From a virus (taxonomy: Duplodnaviria; Caudoviricetes): DNA of 39,055 bases. This document shows positions 25,280 through 34,075 of the stretch, one piece after another; the first letter of the stretch is position 1, and the number at the start of each line of letters is the position of its first letter. The stretch lies in the IMG/VR virus record IMGVR_UViG_3300017700_000484, positions 1 to 39,055 of that record. One strand, given 5' to 3'. The translations under genes were made by a program, and so were the position numbers. The notes under the pieces are model-generated. The model ran no database searches and was not told the origin of the DNA. It saw nothing but the letters and a program-made list of their open reading frames with translations.

Positions 25280-26715
25280 TGTCTGGCGCTCGCTGCTGCT
25301 TCCATAGCTTTCGAGAATGACACGGGCTTGCCTATGCTGGCCATGCGCTTGTGAATCCAGGCGGGTTTATATCCTCTGGACGCAGCGACACGGGCCACGC
25401 TGTCCAGATCACGGGCGGACCGCATCTCGACCTTCTGAACCGCCTTCCGGTGTATCTCGGCAAGCTCGCCTTCCTCAATGTCAACCTTACGTTCGCGCAC
25501 GACCCGTTCGCTGGAACAGTGCGGACAGGCGGACAGATGCGCCCTATACGCGGCGAAACACGACTCGCACTGTTTCACATCAAAGGATGGCCCGCCTTCC
25601 ACCCGTTTGCCGGATCGACCCTCCAGGCTCCATTCGCGGTCATCGTCAGGGAAGCCGTGATGAACGGTCCCGTCACGGTTCATGATCATGTTGACGTGGT
25701 CGAGAATGACCGCCTCGCCTTCCTGCGCCGTCATGCACCGCATCATCATCTGGATTGCGAGCTGTAGCGACTTCGTGGGACGCAGAAGCTGGACGCACTG
25801 GATCGACACGTCGCGGCCAATCAGCGAGGCGAGGTCAAATCCCGTCGTAAGAAGGTCAACAGACACGATGACCGATATTGACCCGTCCGCCAGTGCGTGA
25901 GCGATGCGGCGTTGTTCGGCCTTGGGTGTCTCGCCGTCGATATAGCCCGCTGCTATCCCGGCCTGCGTGTACGCCTCCAGCACATGCCGACCGTGCGCCC
26001 GTGAGATCGCATACACCACCGTCCGCAGACCGAGGGCGTATTTCTGCCATGTCGAAACGGCGTCACCCACGATTGAGGGCCGGTCAAGGCGTTCCTCGAC
26101 TTCGGCCTGTACGTAGTCGCCCATGCGGGTGGGCAGGCCCTCTAGTTCTGGCCTGACGGGCGCATAGGCCCTGTATCTGGCCAGTGACCCGCGCTCGATA
26201 AGTTCGGCTTCTGTGGGGCCTAACACCATCACGTCGGCAATGTCGGACAGCGGCTTGCCGTCCAGACGAACGGGCGTGGCGGTCAGGATAACGATTTTTG
26301 CGCCCGCCTCTTTCGCCGCGTCGATGATCTGTTTCCGCGTCTTGCTGTTCCACAGGTGGCCCTCATCCACGACCAGCAGGGCACAATCCTTCAGCATGTA
26401 AAGCCGGTTCCGCAGTGTGTCCGCACTCGCCACCTGGGCCAGTGCGAACGGATTGGACGGCCTTCCCGATGCGATGAACCCGTGCTTGATGCCGAACCTC
26501 TCGAATGTCGCGGCGGTCTGCACAAGGATGGCGTCGCGGTGGCAGGCAAAAATGACCAGGCGGCGTTTTAAGGTGGATTGCTGGGCCATGTATGCCGCCA
26601 CTACAGTCTTGCCGAATCGGCATGGAGCGCGGAACAGGACGGATTGGTGGCCCTGTGTGAAGGCTGTCCGCATGTCCTCAACCGCTTTGGTCTGGTCATC
26701 GCGCAGGGTGATCAC
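25276..26715 (-). CDS. SF2 (DEAD/DEAH-like) helicase with C-terminal Zn ribbon
   Basis: LRDDQ, GKT, DEGH, TATP, LTTGFD, LRPTKS, ILDHV, CxxC..CxxC; GTG start coupled to the MTase stop. Confidence 0.85.
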   Translation of the reverse strand: MITLRDDQTKAVEDMRTAFTQGHQSVLFRAPCRFGKTVVAAYMAQQSTLKRRLVIFACHRDAILVQTAATFERFGIKHGFIASGRPSNPFALAQVASADTLRNRLYMLKDCALLVVDEGHLWNSKTRKQIIDAAKEAGAKIVILTATPVRLDGKPLSDIADVMVLGPTEAELIERGSLARYRAYAPVRPELEGLPTRMGDYVQAEVEERLDRPSIVGDAVSTWQKYALGLRTVVYAISRAHGRHVLEAYTQAGIAAGYIDGETPKAEQRRIAHALADGSISVIVSVDLLTTGFDLASLIGRDVSIQCVQLLRPTKSLQLAIQMMMRCMTAQEGEAVILDHVNMIMNRDGTVHHGFPDDDREWSLEGRSGKRVEGGPSFDVKQCESCFAAYRAHLSACPHCSSERVVRERKVDIEEGELAEIHRKAVQKVEMRSARDLDSVARVAASRGYKPAWIHKRMASIGKPVSFSKAMEAAASARQ

Positions 26716-27443
26716 AACAAACTCTCCTGCACAGGCTTTGCAACCGGATCGGCAAAGAGGCGGGGCTGGCGCATTGCTTTTTCGATTCTTCGACACGCCA
26801 AGTCGAAATAGACCGGGTCGATTTCACAGCCGACAAACTTGCGTCCGCTTGCAATCGCAGCAACTGCCGTGGTGCCTGACCCTGCGAACAAGTCCAAGAC
26901 GACGCCACCAGGTCGAACCCATTGCTCAACAATGTGGGTGACTTGATCCAAAGGTCGGGGGCAAGGGTGCGCCTTCTCCATGTTCTCTGGACTGGCGACA
27001 ACGGGGGCTGTGTTGGCGACGTGAAAGTCTCTGGTCGCCGTTCCTGCGCTCCAAGGCTTCTCGCCCGGTGTCCACCAGACGGCAACAGGGTCGTAGGTCC
27101 ACTGCATCGCCGTTGGTCGCATCTGGACAAAGTTTTTAGCCGCAACAAAAAGTCTCCAGTCACGCGGAAACCAATCGTTGAAATGCCGAAGGTTGGGGCC
27201 GGACTGCCAGACAAAGACGGGCGATCCGGGCAGGCATAGAGCCTCGGCCATTTCGAGACGCTCCCATAGCCACGCGCCGTAGCCGCCTTCATAGGACTCT
27301 GGCCTGTCGTCGTGGCTGGAGTATTTGAAGCCGACGCCATACGGAGGATCGGTTATGATTGCGTCCACTGGACCAATAGTAGAAACAGCCTCCCGGCAAT
27401 CCCCCAAATACAGGGTGCATTCGCCTATCGTTTCGACCCTCAC
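26712..27443 (-). CDS. DNA amino-methyltransferase (N6A/N4C, beta class)
   Basis: TDPPY before HPCPRP and VLDLFAGSGTT. Confidence 0.9.
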   Translation of the reverse strand: MRVETIGECTLYLGDCREAVSTIGPVDAIITDPPYGVGFKYSSHDDRPESYEGGYGAWLWERLEMAEALCLPGSPVFVWQSGPNLRHFNDWFPRDWRLFVAAKNFVQMRPTAMQWTYDPVAVWWTPGEKPWSAGTATRDFHVANTAPVVASPENMEKAHPCPRPLDQVTHIVEQWVRPGGVVLDLFAGSGTTAVAAIASGRKFVGCEIDPVYFDLACRRIEKAMRQPRLFADPVAKPVQESLL

Positions 27444-27994
27444 ACCCCCACCCCCGGCAGATGCTCGCCGCGCCCGTAGAATACGGTTGGAGCGTCAGAA
27501 GGTTTGTCGAACAGATACCAAGCGCAGTTATCCTTGCCGGTCATCTTGCTGTCAGGAATCCATTTGACGCGACCTACGCTGACGATCTTACGAAGGCGGT
27601 TCATGAACGGCGCGGACTGTCGCGTGTGCATCCAGTCTGCGTCGAACAGCAGCCATGTCGGGGCCTGATTGGACAGGTTGACGATGATGGGATGCAGCAG
27701 CTTACGATCCCAAGGCGGGTTGGTGATGAAATGGCAACCTTCTGGAACGCCAAAAGTGCCGCACGTTGCGTCGCCTAGCATGGGGTCAACAAGGCCCTCT
27801 CTAATCTCAATATCAGATGCCCCGTAGCAAAGATGGCCGGTGTTTTCTAAATGCTCGACCAGCGCACCGTCACCCGCGCATGGCTCATAGAACCACCTCA
27901 GCCGGTCCAGGTGCGGCAGCAGCGGCACCACCGCCTCATAAGGCGTCGGATAGAAGTCGCGCGGCACTCGCTCAAAGTCTGATCGCTTGCCCAT
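27440..27994 (-). CDS. Small SAM-dependent DNA methyltransferase
   Basis: DFYPTP, EPCAGDG, ITNPPW motifs. Confidence 0.8.
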   Translation of the reverse strand: MGKRSDFERVPRDFYPTPYEAVVPLLPHLDRLRWFYEPCAGDGALVEHLENTGHLCYGASDIEIREGLVDPMLGDATCGTFGVPEGCHFITNPPWDRKLLHPIIVNLSNQAPTWLLFDADWMHTRQSAPFMNRLRKIVSVGRVKWIPDSKMTGKDNCAWYLFDKPSDAPTVFYGRGEHLPGVGV

Positions 27995-28680
27995 TAAGCC
28001 GCCACCTTGATGTAACCGCCGCACAGCGCAGCATGTGATTCGCACATCTGCGTCCCGCGCCATACGGGCGCGCAGCAGCTATGGATGTTGCCGCGCTCGC
28101 CGTAGGGGTAGTTGCATTCGCCTTTGAGGCGGGTGAGCCAGGGGCGGGCCGTGTCGGGAATGATTTCGGGAGCGGCCTCTGGCCGGGTAATCGTACGGGG
28201 CTTGGCAAACACGGTGACTGTCCGTGCGCGGCTGCGCGGCTGATTTAGTCCCATCGCCTTGAGACGCTTGGCGACGGTCGATCCAGACCGGCCAAGATGC
28301 GCCCCGATGTCCCGAACTGACTTGGTCAGGTAGTTGTCCAGCATGTATTGCTGTTCGTCGGCATCCAGCACGTCAACCTTTTTGAATGTGCCCTTGAAGC
28401 CGTAGCGCTTGGCCATCGACGCTACAGAGTTTTTGCTGACCCCAAAATGTGCGCCAATGTCTGTGTAACTGTGCGTGGACATCATGGCGGACGCCTCTTT
28501 GATGCGGTCAGGCGTCCACTTGATGACGACGGGGAACTTGAGTCCCATGCGTCGCGCCTGCCCAGCCACAGCGTTACGGGATCGCCCTATGCGCTCCGCA
28601 ATCTGGCCAAACGTCTCGCCGTTGGCAAACCCCTTGCGGATTTCGGCATCGTCTTGCGGGGTGTACGGCAGCTTTCTCAT
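27994..28680 (-). CDS. GcrA-like regulator with three tandem HTH units
   Basis: Three (W/Y)T..IA..G.S.NAV..R.GL-type repeats plus the C-terminal L...ECNYPYG..CC....C..H region characteristic of GcrA. Confidence 0.75.
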   Translation of the reverse strand: MRKLPYTPQDDAEIRKGFANGETFGQIAERIGRSRNAVAGQARRMGLKFPVVIKWTPDRIKEASAMMSTHSYTDIGAHFGVSKNSVASMAKRYGFKGTFKKVDVLDADEQQYMLDNYLTKSVRDIGAHLGRSGSTVAKRLKAMGLNQPRSRARTVTVFAKPRTITRPEAAPEIIPDTARPWLTRLKGECNYPYGERGNIHSCCAPVWRGTQMCESHAALCGGYIKVAA

Positions 28681-28889
28681 TTCTTCACCACCGACCACAG
28701 TTGCTTCTCGCGCTTGATGCCCAGCAACTTGCAGAACTTCGGCCCCGGAACTGAGCCGCCCATCACGTTGGAAACGTAGGACGGCGTGACGTTCAGCTTG
28801 ACGGCTAGTTTCGCCACGCCGCCAGCCTTGTCGATCTCTGCGCGGATGCGGTTCAGCACCTGTTGTCGCGTAAGGTATTGTTCGGACAT
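28677..28889 (-). CDS. Cro/XRE-like HTH protein
   Basis: GGVAKLAVKLNVTPSYVSNVMGG..PGPK..LGI; GGGAG SD. Confidence 0.75.
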   Translation of the reverse strand: MSEQYLTRQQVLNRIRAEIDKAGGVAKLAVKLNVTPSYVSNVMGGSVPGPKFCKLLGIKREKQLWSVVKK

Positions 28890-28940
28890 TCAAATCTCCC
28901 TGATTGAGATTGATACCTTACGCTAAAGAAAGTTGGTCTG

Positions 28941-28986
28941 CAACACCGTTCTGGTGTTGACACCCGCGCAAGGTCTGGCTTATGTT
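28941..28986 (+). promoter_or_regulatory. Early promoter with an overlapping inverted repeat
   Basis: TTGACA (28957)-18 nt-TATGTT; CAACACC-N5-GGTGTTG at 28941-28959. Confidence 0.6.
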
Positions 28987-29016
28987 GGGTTTATCGAAGC
29001 GAATGGAGAGACGCAG

Positions 29017-29214
29017 ATGATTGACCGCACATATTACAACGTCCCGCCTTTGCCGCACGGTTGCGGCTCTTGGATTGTCGTCCAGAAAGGAACGCTGGCG
29101 TCTGTCATTGAGCTGTTCGATCTAGGCATTGCTCGCTGCGTTGACGGCGAACGGTTCGACGTTCTGACCGCCGCTGATTATCTCGGTCGCTATAACAAGT
29201 CGGTGGCAGCATGA
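29017..29214 (+). CDS. Hypothetical early protein
   Basis: GGAGAG SD before MIDRTYY. Confidence 0.6.
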   Translation: MIDRTYYNVPPLPHGCGSWIVVQKGTLASVIELFDLGIARCVDGERFDVLTAADYLGRYNKSVAA

Positions 29215-29405
29215 ACCCCTCCGACCCCACCGTCGTCCACCCCGGCGAGTGCCGGACCTGCTATGCGTTCGTCCGCGACAACGAGACGATGACGGATGGC
29301 GAGTGTCCAGCCTGCGTCGCTGCGGCTGTCGAGGATGATGAGCCGGAAGATTTCGATAAAGAGGGCTTCGACTTGATGGCCCGTAACATGTGGGAGATGA
29401 GCTGA
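29211..29405 (+). CDS. Small Zn-ribbon protein
   Basis: CRTC..CPAC; coupled. Confidence 0.55.
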   Translation: MNPSDPTVVHPGECRTCYAFVRDNETMTDGECPACVAAAVEDDEPEDFDKEGFDLMARNMWEMS

Positions 29406-29737
29406 TGTGCGACTTCAAGCCGGGAGATGAAGTGGTGTGCGTGGATGCGAGCCTAGAGTCGTCGCCCGTCGGCTTCAATTGGGCCAACCCTCTGGCTCTG
29501 GGAGAGACGTATACGATTGCTGGTCTCGGCATTGATCGCCGCGCCCACATCGTGGTCGCGTTCCTAGCAGGGCATCCAAATACGGGCCCCGTTACGGGCG
29601 CAGACTTCGGGTTCATGGCCTCTCGCTTCCGCAAGGTAGAGCGCGAGAACGACAGCCTGTCGATCGAAGCCTTCCTGACGATCAAGCCCGGATTCGAGGA
29701 ACCCAAGCGCGCCCCTGCTAAAAAGGTGCCCGCATGA
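29405..29737 (+). CDS. Hypothetical protein (SH3-like FKPGDEVVCVD)
   Basis: TGATG coupling. Confidence 0.6.
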   Translation: MCDFKPGDEVVCVDASLESSPVGFNWANPLALGETYTIAGLGIDRRAHIVVAFLAGHPNTGPVTGADFGFMASRFRKVERENDSLSIEAFLTIKPGFEEPKRAPAKKVPA

Positions 29738-29886
29738 CCCTCTCAATCTCACCAGGCGGTTACGACGGCCACCGCTTCCGCGTCTGGCTAACCACGCGAC
29801 GCGGGGACAAGCGGTTGGTGTGCGCGTGTTCCAAGATTGATACGCTGGCCTTTGCGGTTGGTTCGATTAGGGAGGCTTTGAAGTGA
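29734..29886 (+). CDS. Hypothetical 50-aa protein (not in the ORF track)
   Basis: Fills the gap exactly, with ATGA/GTGA coupling. Confidence 0.5.
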   Translation: MTLSISPGGYDGHRFRVWLTTRRGDKRLVCACSKIDTLAFAVGSIREALK

Positions 29887-30110
29887 GCAGGTATAGGATT
29901 TGCCGAAACGAGGCACCGCATCAGGATGCGTGGTGGACGGTCGAGATTGAAGTTCCGCGCCTCTGGTTCTGGAAAAGGTGGCTTCCTGTTAAACAGTATT
30001 ACGGAGGCAGATTTTCAAAGGTCAGGCGGTTCACGCGCCCCGAAACGGCGCAGGTCTGGATTGACGAGGATCGCAAACCGCGCATCCATGAATGTGGTGA
30101 TCCTCAATGA
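29883..30110 (+). CDS. Hypothetical protein
   Basis: GGAGG SD; coupled. Confidence 0.55.
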   Translation: MSRYRICRNEAPHQDAWWTVEIEVPRLWFWKRWLPVKQYYGGRFSKVRRFTRPETAQVWIDEDRKPRIHECGDPQ

Positions 30111-30289
30111 CCCCCGCGCACGACTGGCAACACCGCTGCACGACCGCCCCCCGCAACGCCGAACAGGCCCTAAGCCTCCTGTCCGCAGGCGTCGGGGCCT
30201 TGGCGTCGGTCGAGCTTACAGAAGACGAAAAGCAGCGCGTATGGCGCTTGATTGACAAGGCGCTCGACGCCGTTGGAGAGACAAGATGA
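30107..30289 (+). CDS. Hypothetical protein
   Basis: ATGA coupling. Confidence 0.5.
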   Translation: MTPAHDWQHRCTTAPRNAEQALSLLSAGVGALASVELTEDEKQRVWRLIDKALDAVGETR

Positions 30290-30573
30290 CACATAATGTA
30301 GGAGATTGGGCCGTGATCAAAGGCCCGTACAGCGAAGACGTAGGACAGATAACAAAGGTGTCTGAAAAGCAGGTGCGAACCCGTCGATGGGGCGACCGCG
30401 AGGCGTACCATCAGCCAGGGGAGGTTCTTTTTTCGGGCGATGAAAAGACGGCGCTAGATTTGGCGTCTGTCCTTAAGGGGCTACGGAAACGCCACGAAGA
30501 TGCCCGAAGCCAACTTCTTGATCAGCACAAGGCCCGCATGGATGCGGCCATTCAGAAAGCCAATCAGCCATGA
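30286..30573 (+). CDS. Hypothetical protein (SH3-like plus coiled coil)
   Basis: GGAGAG SD; VGDWAVIK. Confidence 0.55.
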   Translation: MTHNVGDWAVIKGPYSEDVGQITKVSEKQVRTRRWGDREAYHQPGEVLFSGDEKTALDLASVLKGLRKRHEDARSQLLDQHKARMDAAIQKANQP

Positions 30574-30878
30574 CCCGCCCCACCTCAGAACAGATCAAGG
30601 CCTTGCGTAAGGGCGACGTGGTTACGGTGCGGGCGGTGGTGGGTCGTGTTCTTTATGACGACGACGTAACGATCAGCCTCAAAGGTTTTACCGACATTTA
30701 CGTCAAGCCCTCCGAAATCATGACTATCGAACCGCGCGAGATCGCGGTTGGTGATCGGGTGATCAACGGCACTTGGGAGGGCGTTGTTCGGTTTGTGGAT
30801 GATGGCCAAATCGTAGTGCGGTTTAACAACGGAGTCCTCGGCATACGAGCCGCAGGCGAACTAAAGGTGATCCCATGA
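30570..30878 (+). CDS. Hypothetical protein (two small beta-barrel units)
   Basis: LRKGDVVTV / IAVGDRVI repeats. Confidence 0.55.
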   Translation: MTRPTSEQIKALRKGDVVTVRAVVGRVLYDDDVTISLKGFTDIYVKPSEIMTIEPREIAVGDRVINGTWEGVVRFVDDGQIVVRFNNGVLGIRAAGELKVIP

Positions 30879-31096
30879 CCGCCCAACGCGCCACCATCCC
30901 CGGCCCGGTGTTCGACCGTGCGCAGTCCGCCTTTTGTGCCGTTCGGAAGCTTCAATCGGTCATGGCATCCCGCAGCGCCACAGAGGCGTCGCTGATCCAG
31001 GCCATCAACTCAGCCGAACGCGCACTGCCCGAACTGGCGCACGTCGCCAGGGACGCGCGGCGTATGCTGACCGAGCTGCGGGCGAGGGGGGGGTGA
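30875..31096 (+). CDS. Hypothetical protein
   Basis: ATGA coupling. Confidence 0.5.
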   Translation: MTAQRATIPGPVFDRAQSAFCAVRKLQSVMASRSATEASLIQAINSAERALPELAHVARDARRMLTELRARGG

Positions 31097-31287
31097 TGGA
31101 AGATACTAAGACCATCCTTACCGCGCCCCTGCATCTTCAAAGCGAAGCGCTACAGGCCTTTCACTACGCATATCATAACAGCGACTTTTCTCACGGATTC
31201 GCCTGTATCGCACTTGGCCCTCGTCATTGGGTCGTGAAGCGCAACAAAGCCGGTTATTCGGTGCTGCTATCGGAGTCCAGTAAATGA
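31096..31287 (+). CDS. Hypothetical protein
   Basis: TGATG coupling, MEDTKTIL. Confidence 0.45.
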   Translation: MEDTKTILTAPLHLQSEALQAFHYAYHNSDFSHGFACIALGPRHWVVKRNKAGYSVLLSESSK

Positions 31288-31484
31288 CCACCCCCACCCC
31301 AAAACCGCGCGGCTTTGCCGCAATGGCCCTCAAGAACCCCGACCGGCTCAGGCAGATCGCGGCGAGAGGCGGTGCCGGAACCGAGCCGCACAACAGGTCG
31401 TTCGCCAAAAACAGCGACCTGGCGCGAGAAGCCGGACGCAAGGGCGGGCTGATCTCGCGTAAGAATCCGGTTGACATTAGGTGA
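31284..31484 (+). CDS. KGG-repeat general stress protein homologue
   Basis: RGFAAM..RQIAARGG..SFA..LAREAGRKGG. Confidence 0.8.
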   Translation: MTTPTPKPRGFAAMALKNPDRLRQIAARGGAGTEPHNRSFAKNSDLAREAGRKGGLISRKNPVDIR

Positions 31485-31507
31485 GTAAGCTGTAGCTTAG
31501 GGATGAA

Positions 31508-31546
31508 AGGGGCGGTCCTTTTCTGGGAGAGAGCAGGGACCGCCCC
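31508..31546 (+). promoter_or_regulatory. Leader hairpin downstream of a TTGACA promoter (31471)
   Basis: GGGGCGGTCC(T)..(A)GGGACCGCCCC inverted repeat. Confidence 0.4.
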
Positions 31547-31577
31547 ACACATCGCGGATTTTGGAGATCAGCGCGAC

Positions 31578-31691
31578 ATGAACAACGATAATACACACCC
31601 CCGCCGCGATAGGCAACCGACGCTGCTAGAAGTCGCTACGGTCGTCGCCTTTTTCGCCCTGGCTTTTGCAGCTTATGTGGTGACGCCATGA
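31578..31691 (+). CDS. Small single-TM peptide
   Basis: GGAG SD; LLEVATVVAFFALAFAAYVV. Confidence 0.45.
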   Translation: MNNDNTHPRRDRQPTLLEVATVVAFFALAFAAYVVTP

Positions 31692-32134
31692 CTGACCAGA
31701 CCCAAACGACGACAAAGCCGGTGCTCTTGCCGTGCCCGTTCTGTGGCGGTGAAGCCGACAGGTTGGCAGCGATGGGCGAGTCGTGGGTCCGCTGTATGAC
31801 CTGCAATGCCGCAACAGAAATGTTCGGCACTGACGCCGCCGCCATCGCCGCATGGAACCGCCGCCCCGCCCTATCCCCGCCCGCCGAGGTTCCGTTCTCT
31901 GCCGAGGATGCGTGTCTGGCCTGTAACTCGTCCACTCCCGCCCCCGTCGATTGGAATGTGGTCGGGCCGAAGCTGGTGGAGGAAATGAATGGGATGGCGG
32001 GCGGCTTCTACCTGCTGACGAAGGCCGTAGAGGCGGGCGATCCGAAGCACGAAATCCTGTTCCGCATCCGTGAACTGGCGACCGAGATCACGGACGCCCT
32101 AGCCGCCACGCAACCGCAATCCAATGGAGAATGA
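31688..32134 (+). CDS. Lar-family restriction alleviation protein
   Basis: LLPCPFCGGEA..VRCMTC..AIAAWNRR. Confidence 0.75.
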   Translation: MTDQTQTTTKPVLLPCPFCGGEADRLAAMGESWVRCMTCNAATEMFGTDAAAIAAWNRRPALSPPAEVPFSAEDACLACNSSTPAPVDWNVVGPKLVEEMNGMAGGFYLLTKAVEAGDPKHEILFRIRELATEITDALAATQPQSNGE

Positions 32135-32633
32135 GATGACCGATACGACAGCCGGTGAGGGGGACTTGGACCTGTATGACGACAAGGTTCAGGCGGGCAT
32201 ATCTTGGACGATGCGTCAGTGGGGCGAGGCTCTTGGCTTGACCACATGGACGCAGGGCGACGGCTCCGAAAGTGTCGAGGGTGATGTGGGCGCTGAAATC
32301 CACACCATCCTTGTCGATGCGGGTTTGCGCGACCCCGAGACAAACGACATGGCGACCCTCGCCGCCCAGCCGTCAGCCGGAGCGCAGGGGGAGGCGGTGG
32401 GTGTGGACCGAGATTGGATGATCAAGGTCATTCGCGAACGCTCCCTACCGCAAGACGCTGCCGACATGATCATTGGCGCGATGCGGTTTGCAGCCACCCC
32501 CGCCCAGCCCGACACCGGCGACGTGGCGGCTTTGCGGTCGATACTGGCACGATACCCGTCAATCAGGCTTCACGCGGCCCTGAATAAACTCGCCGCCCTG
32601 TCCAAGCCCAACGCACCAGGGAGGGAGGGATGA
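32124..32633 (+). CDS. Hypothetical protein
   Basis: Coupled in the early operon; mosaic linker segments; start may be 32136. Confidence 0.55.
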   Translation: MENEMTDTTAGEGDLDLYDDKVQAGISWTMRQWGEALGLTTWTQGDGSESVEGDVGAEIHTILVDAGLRDPETNDMATLAAQPSAGAQGEAVGVDRDWMIKVIRERSLPQDAADMIIGAMRFAATPAQPDTGDVAALRSILARYPSIRLHAALNKLAALSKPNAPGREG

Positions 32634-33004
32634 GCGCTCCGACACGCGTCCAACTGAAGCGGACGAAGGGCTGGAGGATGCCCGAGAACACTGTGAAGGT
32701 GGACAGGTCAACGCGGTTCGGAAACCCGTTCGCCGTGATTGAAGGCATCCGAGACGCCGCCACGGCGGTTGACCTGTTTCGTCGGGCGATGCGGACGCCC
32801 GCTTCACTTCGGCGACATCAAATCTTGACGATTTTGAAGGGGCAAAGAGGCAGGGGCGAAGGTGCCATTTTGGACATCAAGGTCGGACTTCCGTCCCTTC
32901 GCGGAAAGAACCTCGCCTGCTGGTGCAATCTCGATGCGCCGTGCCATGCTGATGTTCTGCTGGAACTCGCCAACGCCACCACCCCCGAAGACGGAGGGGC
33001 GTGA
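32630..33004 (+). CDS. DUF4326 family protein
   Basis: RTKGWRMPENTVKVDRSTRFGNPF..LRGKNLACWC..CHADVL. Confidence 0.8.
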   Translation: MSAPTRVQLKRTKGWRMPENTVKVDRSTRFGNPFAVIEGIRDAATAVDLFRRAMRTPASLRRHQILTILKGQRGRGEGAILDIKVGLPSLRGKNLACWCNLDAPCHADVLLELANATTPEDGGA

Positions 33005-33291
33005 GGATGGGCGAGGCAAAAACCGTTTGGGTTCATCTTGGCCGCTACATTCTCAGAGATGACGGATGGGTCGCGACAATCCTGATTGCCGCCAGACCCG
33101 ATCTAATGCGCCGTGATGAAGAGGGCCTTGAGGTGCTTTCCGGTCTCAATGTCTTCATTCACTTTAGGAGCCCATCGCCACGCTGGCTGCGTCGTTGGAG
33201 GTCTCCCGTCGTTGTTTCGGTCCATTCGGATCGCGAACAGATTGGACGGCGCAATGCCATAAACGCCGGAATGACCGAGATCGCAACATGA
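33001..33291 (+). CDS. Hypothetical protein
   Basis: Coupled on both sides. Confidence 0.45.
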   Translation: MRMGEAKTVWVHLGRYILRDDGWVATILIAARPDLMRRDEEGLEVLSGLNVFIHFRSPSPRWLRRWRSPVVVSVHSDREQIGRRNAINAGMTEIAT

Positions 33292-33662
33292 CTGCCCCCA
33301 TAGACGAGGCGCGGCTGCGGGAGTTGGCTGAGGCTCTGACTTTCTTCGGGCGCTATGCCGACGAAACCAGAGAGGCAACTGCAACCCGCCGCAACAACAA
33401 CGCCAACGACGCATCCAAGGCCATCCTCACCCTTCTCGACGCCCTGTCGGCAGAGCGGGAACGGGCTGCGTGGAAAGACATCGACACCGCGCCTAAAGAC
33501 GGCACATCAGTTTTGCTGGTCGATGCCGAAGACCACCTACCACTTTTTTCAATCGGCTTCTGGAACGGTCGTGACGGCTGGGATTACGGCGACTTTCACG
33601 ACCACATGACGGGATTTACGCATTGGAAGCCGCTCACATTCGAGGATGCCAGTCATGGGTGA
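33288..33662 (+). CDS. Hypothetical protein with DUF551-like C-terminus
   Basis: WKDIDTAPKDGTSVLL..THWKPL. Confidence 0.65.
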   Translation: MTAPIDEARLRELAEALTFFGRYADETREATATRRNNNANDASKAILTLLDALSAERERAAWKDIDTAPKDGTSVLLVDAEDHLPLFSIGFWNGRDGWDYGDFHDHMTGFTHWKPLTFEDASHG

Positions 33663-33858
33663 TGTGGTCACGATCATCGACAAGCAGCAGGAACAGGCTG
33701 CGCGACGGCTATTCAGGACGCTTCACGATGAGGGTGTCGAAGCCTTCGCCAAGGCTTTTGCCGAGCGCGAGGAGCAACGGCAGCGCCTCGCCACCCAGAA
33801 AGCGGAGGGGGCTACTTCCACACCTCCCACCACTTCCGATTCCCCGCCTCAGCGATAG
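33655..33858 (+). CDS. Hypothetical protein
   Basis: GAGGA SD; converges on the spanin gene. Confidence 0.45.
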   Translation: MGDVVTIIDKQQEQAARRLFRTLHDEGVEAFAKAFAEREEQRQRLATQKAEGATSTPPTTSDSPPQR

Positions 33859-34075
33859 CGACGACAGCATCCTTCTTGGCCGAGCAGATGCGCGTGTCTG
33901 CGTCGCCTTGGAGGATGCCGCCTGACAGTTCGCCTAGCGTTTGTGCTGTGCTGGCGTCGAACGTCGGGACGCAAGGGGCCTTGAGGCTATCTGGAATCGC
34001 TATTCCCGCGCCGCACCCGCTCAAGAGCATCGCCGTACCCGTCAGGCAGGCGATCACTGGACCCCGGTATTTCAT
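33812..34075 (-). CDS. Outer-membrane spanin (Rz1-like lipoprotein)
   Basis: Signal peptide with lipobox LLSG-C; IPDSLKAPC; overlaps the Rz-like gene. Confidence 0.75.
   Translation of the reverse strand: MKYRGPVIACLTGTAMLLSGCGAGIAIPDSLKAPCVPTFDASTAQTLGELSGGILQGDADTRICSAKKDAVVAIAEAGNRKWWEVWK

Noticed and set aside
28681-28893. N-terminal extension of the GcrA-like ORF (299-aa call)
   Set aside because: Overlaps the HTH gene; ATG 28680 is ATGA-coupled and is the better start. Extensions called for the gp16-like, helicase, MTase and membrane ORFs were trimmed for the same reason
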